From an uncultured Desulfovibrionaceae bacterium (GTDB lineage Bacteria > Desulfobacterota > Desulfovibrionia > Desulfovibrionales > Desulfomicrobiaceae): a stretch of 64,000 nucleotides of DNA. Under the pieces are notes generated by a model. That model had not been told where the DNA came from. It made no database searches and saw only the letters and a program-made list of their open reading frames with translations. The position numbers and the translations under genes were made by a program. The stretch lies in the NCBI GenBank assembly GCA_964589645.1, contig CAZPSN010000005.1:18865-82864 (forward strand), read 5' to 3'. Below, one piece after another: positions 1 through 9,256 of this stretch (its first letter is position 1; each line of letters starts with the position of its first letter).

Positions 1-278
1 TCGGCTGTCAAATCTTTGTATTCAAAATCCCGACTCTGGGCCGCGAGCTGTTTTTGTTTTTTTTCCTTCTGGATCTTGGTCTCTTCCTCATCGACCAGCG
101 CTTTTGCCCATTCATCGGCCAGAGCCTGGTCGGAACCGGACGTCTCCTGTTCCTGAAGCGCGGCACTCCATGCATCGGCCAGGGCCTGCTCGTTCTGCGC
201 GCCACCCGATCCCTCGTCACTCTGCTGTTCAAGGGCCGCGGCCCATTCTGCCGCCAGCTTGTCCTGATCTTCGACCAT
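1..278 (-). CDS. fliN: Flagellar motor switch protein FliN, N-terminal part (runs off the window start)
   Basis: Not in the ORF track. ATG at 278 with a GGGGGA RBS just after the fliM stop. Reads MVEDQDKLAAEWAAALEQ...QALADEWAKAL..., a FliN-type N-terminus, and is open to the window edge. Confidence 0.8.
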   Translation of the reverse strand, partial: MVEDQDKLAAEWAAALEQQSDEGSGGAQNEQALADAWSAALQEQETSGSDQALADEWAKALVDEEETKIQKEKKQKQLAAQSRDFEYKDLTA

Positions 279-287
279 ACCGTCCCC

Positions 288-1265
288 CTAGTAATTAAGT
301 TCCTGTTCCTTGGTGACCTGAAAGGCCTTGTTTCCCTTGACGAAACCCGGCTGGCCCAAAAATTTGAGAATGCCTTGGACGCGGGCCGTAAGCAAGTCGT
401 CCTCGTCCTCGTCCAGAAGCATGATGTCCCCGACCTTGAGATCCAACAGCTGCCGCCCGGTCATTTGCGTGGTCCCGAAAGTAACCGACATGTCCACCGG
501 CGTTTCCATGAGCCGATCCCTGAAACGTGAAATCCAGGCATGGTCGATCTCCAGACGTTCGGTCTGGAACGCGGCGTAGAGCTTCGATCTGATGGGTTCG
601 ATGGTGGCGTAGGGCAGCGCCAGAGTCATGGAGCCCAGGGCGTTCTCCAACTCGACCTCAAAAGAGATGACCACGACCACGTCGCTGGGCGGGACGATGG
701 TGGCGAATTGCGGATTGATCTCGGAGCGGAGCAGTTCGATGCTGACCTCATGCACCGGACGCCACGCGTCTTCCAGATTGGCCAGTATGATCTTGACCAC
801 CTTGACGATGATGGACTGCTCGATGGGAGTGAAATCCCGCCCTTCGATCTTGGGTTGGCTACCCGCGCCCCCGAAGAAATTCTCGACCAGGGAGAAGACC
901 AGACGTGTATCTACCACCAGCAAGGCATTGCCACGCAGGGGATCAATCTTGAAGATGTTGATGCTGGTCGGCACGGGCAGGGAACGCATGAAGTCCCCGA
1001 ACTTGGACATGTCGATGGAGATCGGATTGACATCAACCCGTTTGCGCATGGTGTTGGCCAGGGCGCTGGTGCAGAGCCGGGAGAAGCGATCATTGATGAT
1101 CTCCAGGACCGGCATACGGCCACGGATGATTCGGTCCTGATTGGCCAGATCAAAGGAGACCACTCCCGAGGCGCTCTCGATGACCTCTTCCTCGGTTTCG
1201 ATCTCCCCGCCCGAGATGCCTCTCAACAGGGCATCGACCTCGTCCTGGTTCAGGATCTTGCTCAT
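288..1265 (-). CDS. fliM: Flagellar motor switch protein FliM
   Basis: N-terminal ILNQDEVDALL CheY-binding motif, GRDFTPIE, C-terminal SpoA-like domain; lies between fliL and fliN. Confidence 0.95.
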   Translation of the reverse strand: MSKILNQDEVDALLRGISGGEIETEEEVIESASGVVSFDLANQDRIIRGRMPVLEIINDRFSRLCTSALANTMRKRVDVNPISIDMSKFGDFMRSLPVPTSINIFKIDPLRGNALLVVDTRLVFSLVENFFGGAGSQPKIEGRDFTPIEQSIIVKVVKIILANLEDAWRPVHEVSIELLRSEINPQFATIVPPSDVVVVISFEVELENALGSMTLALPYATIEPIRSKLYAAFQTERLEIDHAWISRFRDRLMETPVDMSVTFGTTQMTGRQLLDLKVGDIMLLDEDEDDLLTARVQGILKFLGQPGFVKGNKAFQVTKEQELNY

Positions 1266-1280
1266 GTATGCACCAACCCT

Positions 1281-1814
1281 CTACTGGACCACGAACTCGG
1301 TGAAATACACATTACGCACTTTGCTCTTGCCGATGATCAGATTCAGACGGTCCACGATCTCGTTCTTCAGCTCGATCTTTTTGTCCAGGCTGCTGATTTC
1401 CGCAAAGGTCTTGCTGGACAAGAGCAGGAGCAAGGTATCCTTGACCTTGGGCAAGGCCGCTCCCAGCTCCGTCGCGGCTGCGCCGTCCGCCACCTCCACA
1501 TCCATGGTGACCTTCAGGTAGCGCCGCCCCATGGGGTCCGAAAGGTTCACGACAAAGGGCTCCAACGTCACCAACTGCGACTGGGCCGCGGACGCGGCCG
1601 GATCCGTCTGGTTCTCCCCCCCCTGCGCGGTTTCGTTGCCAAGGGTGCCCTCGGCCGGGGCAGGGTGAAGCAGAAACTTCCAGGCCGCGAAACCACCCGC
1701 TCCGAGCACGAGCACGGCCACGGCCAAAAGAATGACGAGCTTGAGCTTGCCGCTCAGCTTCTTCTTGGGTTCCTTGTCCGGAGTCTGTGCCTTTTTGTCG
1801 GTTTTATCGGCCAT
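1281..1814 (-). CDS. fliL: Flagellar basal body-associated protein FliL
   Basis: Single N-terminal TM segment, FVVNL..RYLK motif, C-terminal VYFTEFVVQ. Confidence 0.93.
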   Translation of the reverse strand: MADKTDKKAQTPDKEPKKKLSGKLKLVILLAVAVLVLGAGGFAAWKFLLHPAPAEGTLGNETAQGGENQTDPAASAAQSQLVTLEPFVVNLSDPMGRRYLKVTMDVEVADGAAATELGAALPKVKDTLLLLLSSKTFAEISSLDKKIELKNEIVDRLNLIIGKSKVRNVYFTEFVVQ

Positions 1815-1849
1815 TTGTTCCTCCCTGATCGTTCATGCGAAAATTGGGC

Positions 1850-2575
1850 CTAAAGATACGTCCGTCCCGTGGTTTTGAGCAGAATTTCCACTCTCCTGTT
1901 TTTGACCCGGCCCTCTGGGGTGTCATTGTCGCCCAGGGGAAAGGCCTCGCCATAGGCGGACACGGAAAACCGTCCCGGGTCGAAACCGAATTCAAGAAAA
2001 AAACGTAACACCGACATGGCCCGCTCCATGGACAACACGTAGTTGTCCTTGCTCGCACCCTGCACATTGTCCGTGTATCCCGACACGTTGACCGGCATGG
2101 TCGTACTGGCGAGAAAACGAGCGAACTCTGTCAACAGTTTGCGACTTTCCGCCCGCAATTCGCTGCCTCCGGAAGCAAAGAGCAATCCGTCAGAAAGCAC
2201 GAGAGCGAGACCTTCGGGCCTGGCCAGAATCTGCAGGTTTTCGTTCAGAGTGCTGCGGGCCATGCCTTCGGGCAACACGTCGTCAGGAAAGAGAAGATCC
2301 TTCATGCGTTGCGGATTTTCCAGAGCCCGAACCGGGTTGTCGATGGCCTCCTGGATGAAGCTGAAGCGAGTTTCCACGCGTCCCGCCCCTTTCTTGGGAG
2401 CCAGCCCCATCGAGCCCGCGAAATGCGAAACCACATCGCGCAGGATGGACCTGTCCATGGAGGACATGGACAAAATAAGCACAAAAAAAGCGAGCAAAAG
2501 GGTCATCAAATCCGCAAACGTAACCATCCAGGCAACGCTTGGCGGAGTCATCCGGAAAGGCCTTTTGCGGGCCAT
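1850..2575 (-). CDS. motB: Flagellar stator protein MotB-like (OmpA/MotB), copy 2
   Basis: WMVTFADLMTLLLAFF TM motif and OmpA-like domain ending KNRRVEI. Start reassigned to ATG 2575 (MARKRPF), next to the upstream stop. Confidence 0.85.
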   Translation of the reverse strand: MARKRPFRMTPPSVAWMVTFADLMTLLLAFFVLILSMSSMDRSILRDVVSHFAGSMGLAPKKGAGRVETRFSFIQEAIDNPVRALENPQRMKDLLFPDDVLPEGMARSTLNENLQILARPEGLALVLSDGLLFASGGSELRAESRKLLTEFARFLASTTMPVNVSGYTDNVQGASKDNYVLSMERAMSVLRFFLEFGFDPGRFSVSAYGEAFPLGDNDTPEGRVKNRRVEILLKTTGRTYL

Positions 2576-2576
2576 G

Positions 2577-3416
2577 TCAACGGCTCCCCGGAAGATCGAA
2601 GCGGAACAGAAAATCTTTGACGCTGAAACCGTCTCCCGATTTGTTCCCATCGCCCTCACGGCGCGCGTCCTCGACAGCCGCCTCATGGCTCCAACTGCCG
2701 ATGCGCCGGTCCAGGGTTATTTCCACCCGCCGGTTAGATTGCCGACCATCCCGAACCCCTGCGCCGACCCTCGGCCGAAAGCGCCCAAAGGCCTCCACGC
2801 GCAGTTTCTGCGCATCAATCCCTGATTCAAGAAAATAACGATACACCACCATGACCCGGGCCAGAGACAGTTCCCAGGAAAAGTCGACCGCCCCTTGTGG
2901 ACGCTGCAGAAAATCCGGCCCAAACTCATCCAGGCCCTCGCCGGCATGGCCGGTCAGGCCCAGCGGGTAGGAACTCCCGGCCACGACCGGCCGCACTCTG
3001 TCCAGCAGACCGCGGCCTTTGTCCGTCAGTTCGGCCGAGCCAGGGGCGAACAGGGCGTCGGCATCCATGGACAAGCGCTGCACGAAACGGTTGGATTCAA
3101 AACGCAGGTCTGTATCCGGTTCCTGCCAAAGCCTCTCCTTGACCGGGGACAAATCCTTGAACAGATTGATCGGGCCGGGATCAACGCGATCCTGAACGTC
3201 CGCAGTGGTCAGGTCATCCAAGCCCGGTGCGCCGGTCCCGAACGTGCCGGACACGGAACCCAGGGCCACCTTGCGTTTGTAGACATCGGTCAAAGATGCC
3301 ATGGACACGAGTACGATAAAAAACGTCATGAGCAGGGTGACCAGATCCGAGAACGTGATCATCCATGCCGGCACACCCGGCTCCGACGGGGAAATTTTCG
3401 TTTTTCTTCGTATCAT
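2577..3416 (-). CDS. motB: Flagellar stator protein MotB-like (OmpA/MotB), copy 1
   Basis: WMITFSDLVTLLMTFF motif, WELSLAR and SNRRVEI OmpA-like motifs; follows motA. Confidence 0.85.
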   Translation of the reverse strand: MIRRKTKISPSEPGVPAWMITFSDLVTLLMTFFIVLVSMASLTDVYKRKVALGSVSGTFGTGAPGLDDLTTADVQDRVDPGPINLFKDLSPVKERLWQEPDTDLRFESNRFVQRLSMDADALFAPGSAELTDKGRGLLDRVRPVVAGSSYPLGLTGHAGEGLDEFGPDFLQRPQGAVDFSWELSLARVMVVYRYFLESGIDAQKLRVEAFGRFRPRVGAGVRDGRQSNRRVEITLDRRIGSWSHEAAVEDARREGDGNKSGDGFSVKDFLFRFDLPGSR

Positions 3417-3436
3417 CTCCTTGCCTTGCCCCGGAT

Positions 3437-4192
3437 CTAGGGCCGAACCATACGTTCCTTGGGCGGCAGATAGCTGTTCATCTTTTCCTCAAGAATACGG
3501 GGATTCTCGCCGCGGGAAATGGACATGATTCCCTCCACGATCATGGTCCGGACCAGCACCTCTTCCCGGCTGCGCGCCCGCAGCTTCCCCGCCATGGGAA
3601 TGAATACGAGGTTGGCCAGGACCGCGCCGTAGAACGTGGTCAACAACGCCACGGCCATGGCCGGCCCGATGGTGCTTGGATCGTTCATGCGCTTGAGCAT
3701 GAGCACCAGCCCGATGACGGTCCCGATCATGCCCATGGCCGGAGCAATGGAGCCAAAGGTCTGCAGGATTTCGGCACCCTTCAGATGCCGCTCTTCCAGA
3801 CAGTTGACCTCGGTTTCCATGATCTCCTGAATGAGCTGCGGATCAAGACCGTCCACCGTCAGTTGCAAACCCTTGCGCAGAAATGGATCATCAATGTTCT
3901 TGAGATGGGCTTCCAGAGACAGGATGCCCTCGCGGCGGACTCGGGTGGCATAATCGACAAATTGGACAATGATGGCCTGGGGATCGTCGTTCTTGGTCAG
4001 AAAGGTCTTCTTGATGATGCCCACCACGCCCATGACGCTCTGTAACGGATAGGTCACCAGCACGGCGCCGATGGTCCCCCCGATGACGATCAATACGGAG
4101 GGGAAATCCCAAAACAAGAAGGCGTCTCCGCCCAGGGCCGCGATGACCAGCCCGAAGGCGACCAAGATGCCGATGATGGTGGCCAGATCCAT
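3437..4192 (-). CDS. motA: Flagellar stator protein MotA/PomA
   Basis: MDLATIIG start, RREGILSLE, PAMGMIGTVIGLV, ALLTTFYG, GENPR motifs. Confidence 0.95.
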   Translation of the reverse strand: MDLATIIGILVAFGLVIAALGGDAFLFWDFPSVLIVIGGTIGAVLVTYPLQSVMGVVGIIKKTFLTKNDDPQAIIVQFVDYATRVRREGILSLEAHLKNIDDPFLRKGLQLTVDGLDPQLIQEIMETEVNCLEERHLKGAEILQTFGSIAPAMGMIGTVIGLVLMLKRMNDPSTIGPAMAVALLTTFYGAVLANLVFIPMAGKLRARSREEVLVRTMIVEGIMSISRGENPRILEEKMNSYLPPKERMVRP

Positions 4193-4212
4193 AAACCCGT
4201 TCCTTGCGGCCG

Positions 4213-4908
4213 TTAGGTCGTGCTGCGTTCTCCGAATATCCTGGTGCCGATGCGCACCAAGGTGGCCCCTTCCCCGATGGCGGTTTCAAAATCCCCGGTC
4301 ATACCCATGGACAGCTCAGGCAGGGGCAATCCGAAACTGGCGCGCAGGTTTTCGGCCAGAACGCGCAGACGGGCGAAAAAAGGCTTGGATCGCCCCGGAT
4401 CATCAAAAAAAGGAGGCATGAGCATGAGTCCTTGCCATCGCAAATGCGTGCTCGCGGCTAAAAATTCGGCCAACAGCGGCAATTCCGCCTCCGGGATACC
4501 GCCTTTCTGCGCCTCCCCGGCCAGATTGACCTGGACCAGCACATCCTGACGAAGATTCAACGCCCCGGCCTTTTCTTGCAACGAGCGAGCCAGTTTCAGG
4601 GAATCCACGCCATGAAGCAGTTCGAAACGCCCGACAACGGCCTTGACCTTGTTGGTCTGCAGATGGCCGATGAAGTGCCAGGCGATCGACTGCGGCAGCG
4701 CGCCCATCTTGGCCTGAGCCTCCTGTACGTAGTTCTCGCCGAAGATGGTCTGGCCGGCCTCGAACAGAATCCGCACCGCCTCGGCCGGATGCAGCTTGGA
4801 CACCGCCACCAGGCGCACGGAATCTGGCGCCCTGCCTGCCCGAAGGGCCGCCTGGGCCATGCGGTCCAGAACTTCCCGCCAGCGCTCCGTGAGATTCGCG
4901 TTCCCCAT
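4213..4908 (-). CDS. yggS: PLP homeostasis protein YggS/PROSC family
   Basis: LVAVSK, FGENYVQE, WHFIGHLQTNK, LSMGMTGDF, VRIGTRIFG motifs. Start is 4908 or 4929. Confidence 0.93.
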   Translation of the reverse strand: MGNANLTERWREVLDRMAQAALRAGRAPDSVRLVAVSKLHPAEAVRILFEAGQTIFGENYVQEAQAKMGALPQSIAWHFIGHLQTNKVKAVVGRFELLHGVDSLKLARSLQEKAGALNLRQDVLVQVNLAGEAQKGGIPEAELPLLAEFLAASTHLRWQGLMLMPPFFDDPGRSKPFFARLRVLAENLRASFGLPLPELSMGMTGDFETAIGEGATLVRIGTRIFGERSTT

Positions 4909-4925
4909 GCGCCCCGCCCCTGCCG

Positions 4926-5843
4926 TCAACTCCCCAAACCCAAAGAAACCATGAACGGACCGTCCTCGGTCCAGCCTTCGCGCACCTTGACCCAGAGCTC
5001 CAGATGGACTTTCGTGCCCAGCAGGGTCTTCAAATCCTGGCGTGCCTGTTGCCCGACGATCTTCAGATTCTGCCCCTGCCGACCAACAATCATGCCCTTA
5101 TGACTGTTTTTTGACGTGTAGATCGTGGCCCCGATCATGATCATGCTCTGTTCTGGCAGCTCTTCCCATGTCTCGATTTCCACGGCGACATTGTAAGGCA
5201 ATTCCTGGTTCAGAGCCAGGAAAAGCTTCTCGCGCACGATCTCCGCGGCCAGAAAGCGTACCGGAGCCGTGCTGAGCTGGTCCTCTGGAAACAGGGGATC
5301 CCCGACAGGGAGAAAACTCCGGGTCACCGCCAGAAGACGATCAAGGCCTACGCCGGTTCGTGCCGAAATCGGAACCAGTTCGGCGCCTGGCCAACGTTCG
5401 GAGCAGGAAGACAACAGACCCAGCAAGCGCTCCTTGGGCTTGACCTGGTCGACCTTGTTCAAGGCCACGGCCATAGGCACCCCCAGGGTTCCAAGGCGAT
5501 TGGCCAGAGGCCGCAGGTCCCGGTCGAGTGCGCGTTCATTGCCTGCATACACGGACGCGTCGAGGAAAAGAATAACCCCATGGGCCTCGCGTACCGCGCC
5601 CCAGGCCGCATCGACCAGGAAACGGTTCAATTTGCCCCGGGCCGCGTGGATCCCGGGCGTGTCCAGAAAGACGATCTGGGCCTCGCTTGTGGTGAGAATG
5701 CCTGTGATGCTGGTACGTGTGGTCTGGGGCTTGGGCGAGACGATGGCGATCTTCTCGCCCAGTACCGCGTTCAGGAACGTGGACTTCCCGGCATTGGGCG
5801 GTCCGACGAGGGCGATGCTTCCGGCACGATAGGTGGTGGACAT
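4926..5843 (-). CDS. era: GTPase Era
   Basis: GPPNAGKST, PQTTR, DTPG, NKVD motifs and C-terminal KH domain (LELWVKV). Confidence 0.95.
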   Translation of the reverse strand: MSTTYRAGSIALVGPPNAGKSTFLNAVLGEKIAIVSPKPQTTRTSITGILTTSEAQIVFLDTPGIHAARGKLNRFLVDAAWGAVREAHGVILFLDASVYAGNERALDRDLRPLANRLGTLGVPMAVALNKVDQVKPKERLLGLLSSCSERWPGAELVPISARTGVGLDRLLAVTRSFLPVGDPLFPEDQLSTAPVRFLAAEIVREKLFLALNQELPYNVAVEIETWEELPEQSMIMIGATIYTSKNSHKGMIVGRQGQNLKIVGQQARQDLKTLLGTKVHLELWVKVREGWTEDGPFMVSLGLGS

Positions 5844-5969
5844 GGGTTCCAGTTTAATCTTGTAAAAGGATACCGACGGGTTGAAATTGCGCCACGCCGG
5901 GACGCCCGGAATTGTCGGGAATTATCCCTTGCCCTGGGCTTCGGAATCTGGATATAGGCCCCAAACATT

Positions 5970-8210
5970 ATGGGCAAGGACTTAATCATTGTCGAATCAC
6001 CCGCCAAAATCAAAACCATCAAAAAGTTTCTGGGCAGCGGGTACGAGGTGGAAGCGTCCGTGGGACACGTGCGCGATCTGCCCACCAAGACCCTGGGCGT
6101 GGACGAGGACAACGACTTTGCCCCGGACTACCAGGTCATCCCCGGTAAAACCAAGGTCGTCAGCAAGCTGAAATCCGCGGCCAAGGCCGCCGACACCGTC
6201 TATCTGGCCCCTGACCCGGACCGAGAGGGCGAGGCCATCGCCTGGCACGTGGCAGAAATCATCAGCGGCTCCAATAAAAACGTCAAACGCATCCAGTTCA
6301 ACGAGATCACGGCCAAAGCCGTCAAGGAAGCGCTGGCCAACCCCACGGAACTGCGCAAGCCGCTCTTCGACTCGCAACAGGCGAGACGCATCCTTGATCG
6401 GCTGGTGGGTTACAAGATCAGTCCGCTCCTGTGGAAGAAGGTCAAGCGCGGCCTGTCCGCCGGCCGGGTCCAATCCGTGGCCCTGCGCCTCATCGTTGAC
6501 CGGGAACGGGAACGGCAGGCCTTCGTTTCCGAGGAATACTGGCTCTTCACGGCCACCATGCGTGGGGCTGTCCCGCCAAACTTTGATGCGGACCTGTGGA
6601 AGGTCGACGGCCTCAAGCCCGTCCTGAACAACGAGCAGGATGCCCTGACTTTGGAAAGGCGCGTGCTGGAGCAGCCTTTTGTGGTCCAGTCCGTGACCGA
6701 GAAAGAGCGCCTGCGCCATCCGCGCCCGCCCTATATCACCTCCACCCTGCAGCAGGACGCGAGCAACAAGCTCGGATTCAACGCCAAGCGGACCATGTCC
6801 GTGGCCCAGCGCCTTTACGAGGGCGTCGAATTGGGCGAACGAGGCACGACGGCCCTCATCACCTACATGCGTACGGATTCGGTACGGATCTCCGATGAAG
6901 CCCGGGATGGCGCGCGGGAATGGATCCACGGCAACCTGGGTCCGGAATTCTATCCGGCCGCCGCGAGGGTCTACAAAACCAAGGGTAGTGCTCAAGACGC
7001 CCATGAGGCCATCCGCCCCGTCGATCCCGCGCTGACCCCGGACCTGGTCAAACAGGCCCTGCCGCCGGAGCAATACCGCCTCTACCGCCTGGTCTGGGAA
7101 CGTTTCATGGCCTCCCAGATGGCCTCGGCCCGCTTCTGGGACACGGTGGCGACCATCGAAAGCGGCCCGGCACTGTGGCGGGCCAAGGGCGAGCGTCTGG
7201 TCTTCCCCGGATTTCTGCGCATCTGGCCGCAGCAAGCCGACGCTGAAAGCCCGACCCTGCCCAAGCTCGAAGCAGGACAGACACTAAATCTTGAGAAACT
7301 GCTCAAAGAGCAAAAATTCACCCAACCGCCGGCCCGCTTCTCCGAGGCCTCGCTGGTTCACAAACTCGAAGAATTGGGCATCGGGCGCCCATCGACCTAC
7401 GCGGCCATCATTTCCACCCTGACCGATCGCGACTACGTGGGGGTCACGGACAAGCATTTCGAACCCACGGATCTGGGAGTCATCGTCTGCGATCTGCTCG
7501 TGGAGCATTTCGCACAGCTTATGGATGCAGGCTTCACGGCGCGCATGGAAGAAGGGCTCGACCTGGTGGCCGAAGGCGGGATGGACTGGGTGAGTCTGCT
7601 CAAGAACTTCGCGCTGGATTTCTACCCGACGCTGGAAAAAGCCAAGGAGACCATGACCCAGGTCAAGGCCGGCATGGACACCGGGCTGGGTTGCCCGCAA
7701 TGCGGCGATGGCCGGCTGGTGGTCAAATTCGGCAAGAATGGAACGTTTCTGGGCTGCGCCAATTACCCCGAATGCGCCTTCACCAGCAACTACACCCGCG
7801 ACGCCCAGGGACAAATTCTGCTGGCCCGGGAAGAGGCTCCCGAAGACCTCGGCCCCTGCCCGCAATGCGCTGACGGCCGGCTGGTGGTCAAAAAAACCAA
7901 GACCGGCGGACGGTTCGTGGCCTGCTCAAACTACCCGCACTGCCGGCATGCCAAGTCTGTCAGCACGGGCGTGCCATGCCCCCGGGAGGGATGCGTGGGA
8001 GAACTGGTCGAGAAGACCAGCCGTCGGGGCAAACCGTTCTTCTCCTGCAGCAAATACCCGAAATGCGACTTCGCCGTCTGGGACCATCCTGTGTCCAAGC
8101 CCTGCCCCCTGTGCAAATCAGCCATCCTGGTGCGCAAGGAAACAAAGGCCCGCGGCCAGCATCTGTCCTGTCCCTCCAAGGACTGCGGTTTCTGGGAGAA
8201 AGAAGGCTAG
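5970..8210 (+). CDS. topA: DNA topoisomerase I with C-terminal zinc ribbons
   Basis: IVESPAK, DPDREGEAI, SAGRVQS, ITYMRTDS (catalytic Tyr), repeated CPxC...CxxYPxC ribbons. Confidence 0.97.
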   Translation: MGKDLIIVESPAKIKTIKKFLGSGYEVEASVGHVRDLPTKTLGVDEDNDFAPDYQVIPGKTKVVSKLKSAAKAADTVYLAPDPDREGEAIAWHVAEIISGSNKNVKRIQFNEITAKAVKEALANPTELRKPLFDSQQARRILDRLVGYKISPLLWKKVKRGLSAGRVQSVALRLIVDRERERQAFVSEEYWLFTATMRGAVPPNFDADLWKVDGLKPVLNNEQDALTLERRVLEQPFVVQSVTEKERLRHPRPPYITSTLQQDASNKLGFNAKRTMSVAQRLYEGVELGERGTTALITYMRTDSVRISDEARDGAREWIHGNLGPEFYPAAARVYKTKGSAQDAHEAIRPVDPALTPDLVKQALPPEQYRLYRLVWERFMASQMASARFWDTVATIESGPALWRAKGERLVFPGFLRIWPQQADAESPTLPKLEAGQTLNLEKLLKEQKFTQPPARFSEASLVHKLEELGIGRPSTYAAIISTLTDRDYVGVTDKHFEPTDLGVIVCDLLVEHFAQLMDAGFTARMEEGLDLVAEGGMDWVSLLKNFALDFYPTLEKAKETMTQVKAGMDTGLGCPQCGDGRLVVKFGKNGTFLGCANYPECAFTSNYTRDAQGQILLAREEAPEDLGPCPQCADGRLVVKKTKTGGRFVACSNYPHCRHAKSVSTGVPCPREGCVGELVEKTSRRGKPFFSCSKYPKCDFAVWDHPVSKPCPLCKSAILVRKETKARGQHLSCPSKDCGFWEKEG

Positions 8211-9094
8211 AAGGTTTTACTCCGCAGACAAACCCTGTACTTCTTCAGAAAATCCATCGGGTTGTAGCTGAGCTTGGCCTTTCTGAGCCCCTCGTCGCCC
8301 AGATCCTGTTCGCGATTGACGATCCGAAAACCACGACAACAGCGCTCCAGGAACATCTGATTGATGGCTTGGTAAACTCCCTTGAAATTGGGGCACCCCT
8401 TTTCGAAATGGATGACGATACTCGTGTCATCCAGGGCCTCTCCAATGGTATAGGCGATCATCTTGTCATCAACCACAAGCCCGGCTCCAATCAACCCTCC
8501 AAGCTTCGACCAGTCATGCATAACCTTGATGATGGCCCGATTCTCCGCGTCCAGGGTCTGGTCGTTTTCCGTATTGCGCCACAGGAACCAGTCCGTTTGC
8601 AGGGCCAGGGCACATTCCACGGTCTTTTCGTCAAGGAGCACGAAACGGACGTCATGATCGCGCAAAAACTGGTTGAGCAGATTCTTTTTGTTGTGAAATT
8701 TTCTACCTTTAAGTTCCGTCAACTCCGACACGTCGTACAGATAGTCCCAATGCTCCCGACATTCCTGAACCTGCACCCCGGTCAGGGTCGTTTCCCAGAC
8801 GCGCATGAGTTCTTCAGGGATGCGGATGAAACACGTATCGGGAGGGATGGACGCCTGCAAAGCCGACCAGTCGATGGCCTGCCAATTACCGACCGGAGCC
8901 CAGTACATGGTTTGAGGGATGGTTTGGCGGATGAGGACGTACTCTCCGGCAAAAGACCACTCCAGTCCATATTCCCGGCCCCATCCCCACAAATTGACGA
9001 AACTGTAGTCGGACGGTTTCTGGCCGCACTGAGCCAAATACCGGTTGTATTCAGTCTGCCCCTCCAGGGTGATGGGGCCGAAGATGGTGTCCAT
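8207..9094 (-). CDS. DUF2156-like protein (GNAT-fold, aminoacyl-phosphatidylglycerol synthase C-terminal-like)
   Basis: SDYSFVNL, DYLY..L..LKGRKFHNKKN, HFEKG, NREQDLGDEGLRKAKLSYNP motifs, recognised from memory as this family. Confidence 0.75.
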   Translation of the reverse strand: MDTIFGPITLEGQTEYNRYLAQCGQKPSDYSFVNLWGWGREYGLEWSFAGEYVLIRQTIPQTMYWAPVGNWQAIDWSALQASIPPDTCFIRIPEELMRVWETTLTGVQVQECREHWDYLYDVSELTELKGRKFHNKKNLLNQFLRDHDVRFVLLDEKTVECALALQTDWFLWRNTENDQTLDAENRAIIKVMHDWSKLGGLIGAGLVVDDKMIAYTIGEALDDTSIVIHFEKGCPNFKGVYQAINQMFLERCCRGFRIVNREQDLGDEGLRKAKLSYNPMDFLKKYRVCLRSKTF

Positions 9095-9256
9095 GAATCC
9101 TCTTCAGAAAAGATCGGCAACAATTACGGCCGGTTTGGCATGGTTTAAAAACTCAAGAAATCAAAGCTCTTGCAGTCGAGTCAAAAACGAATATACTTTG
9201 GAACCCTGGCCTGTCAAAGCGCCAAACCGCAAAAATCTTAAAGAGCACGAACCGCA

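Noticed and set aside
540..1853. Long opposite-strand ORFs (also 5997-7235, 9161-10348, 33563-35119, 42897-44450, 55533-56696)
   Set aside because: They are antisense shadows of well-supported genes in GC-rich DNA and show no recognisable motifs.
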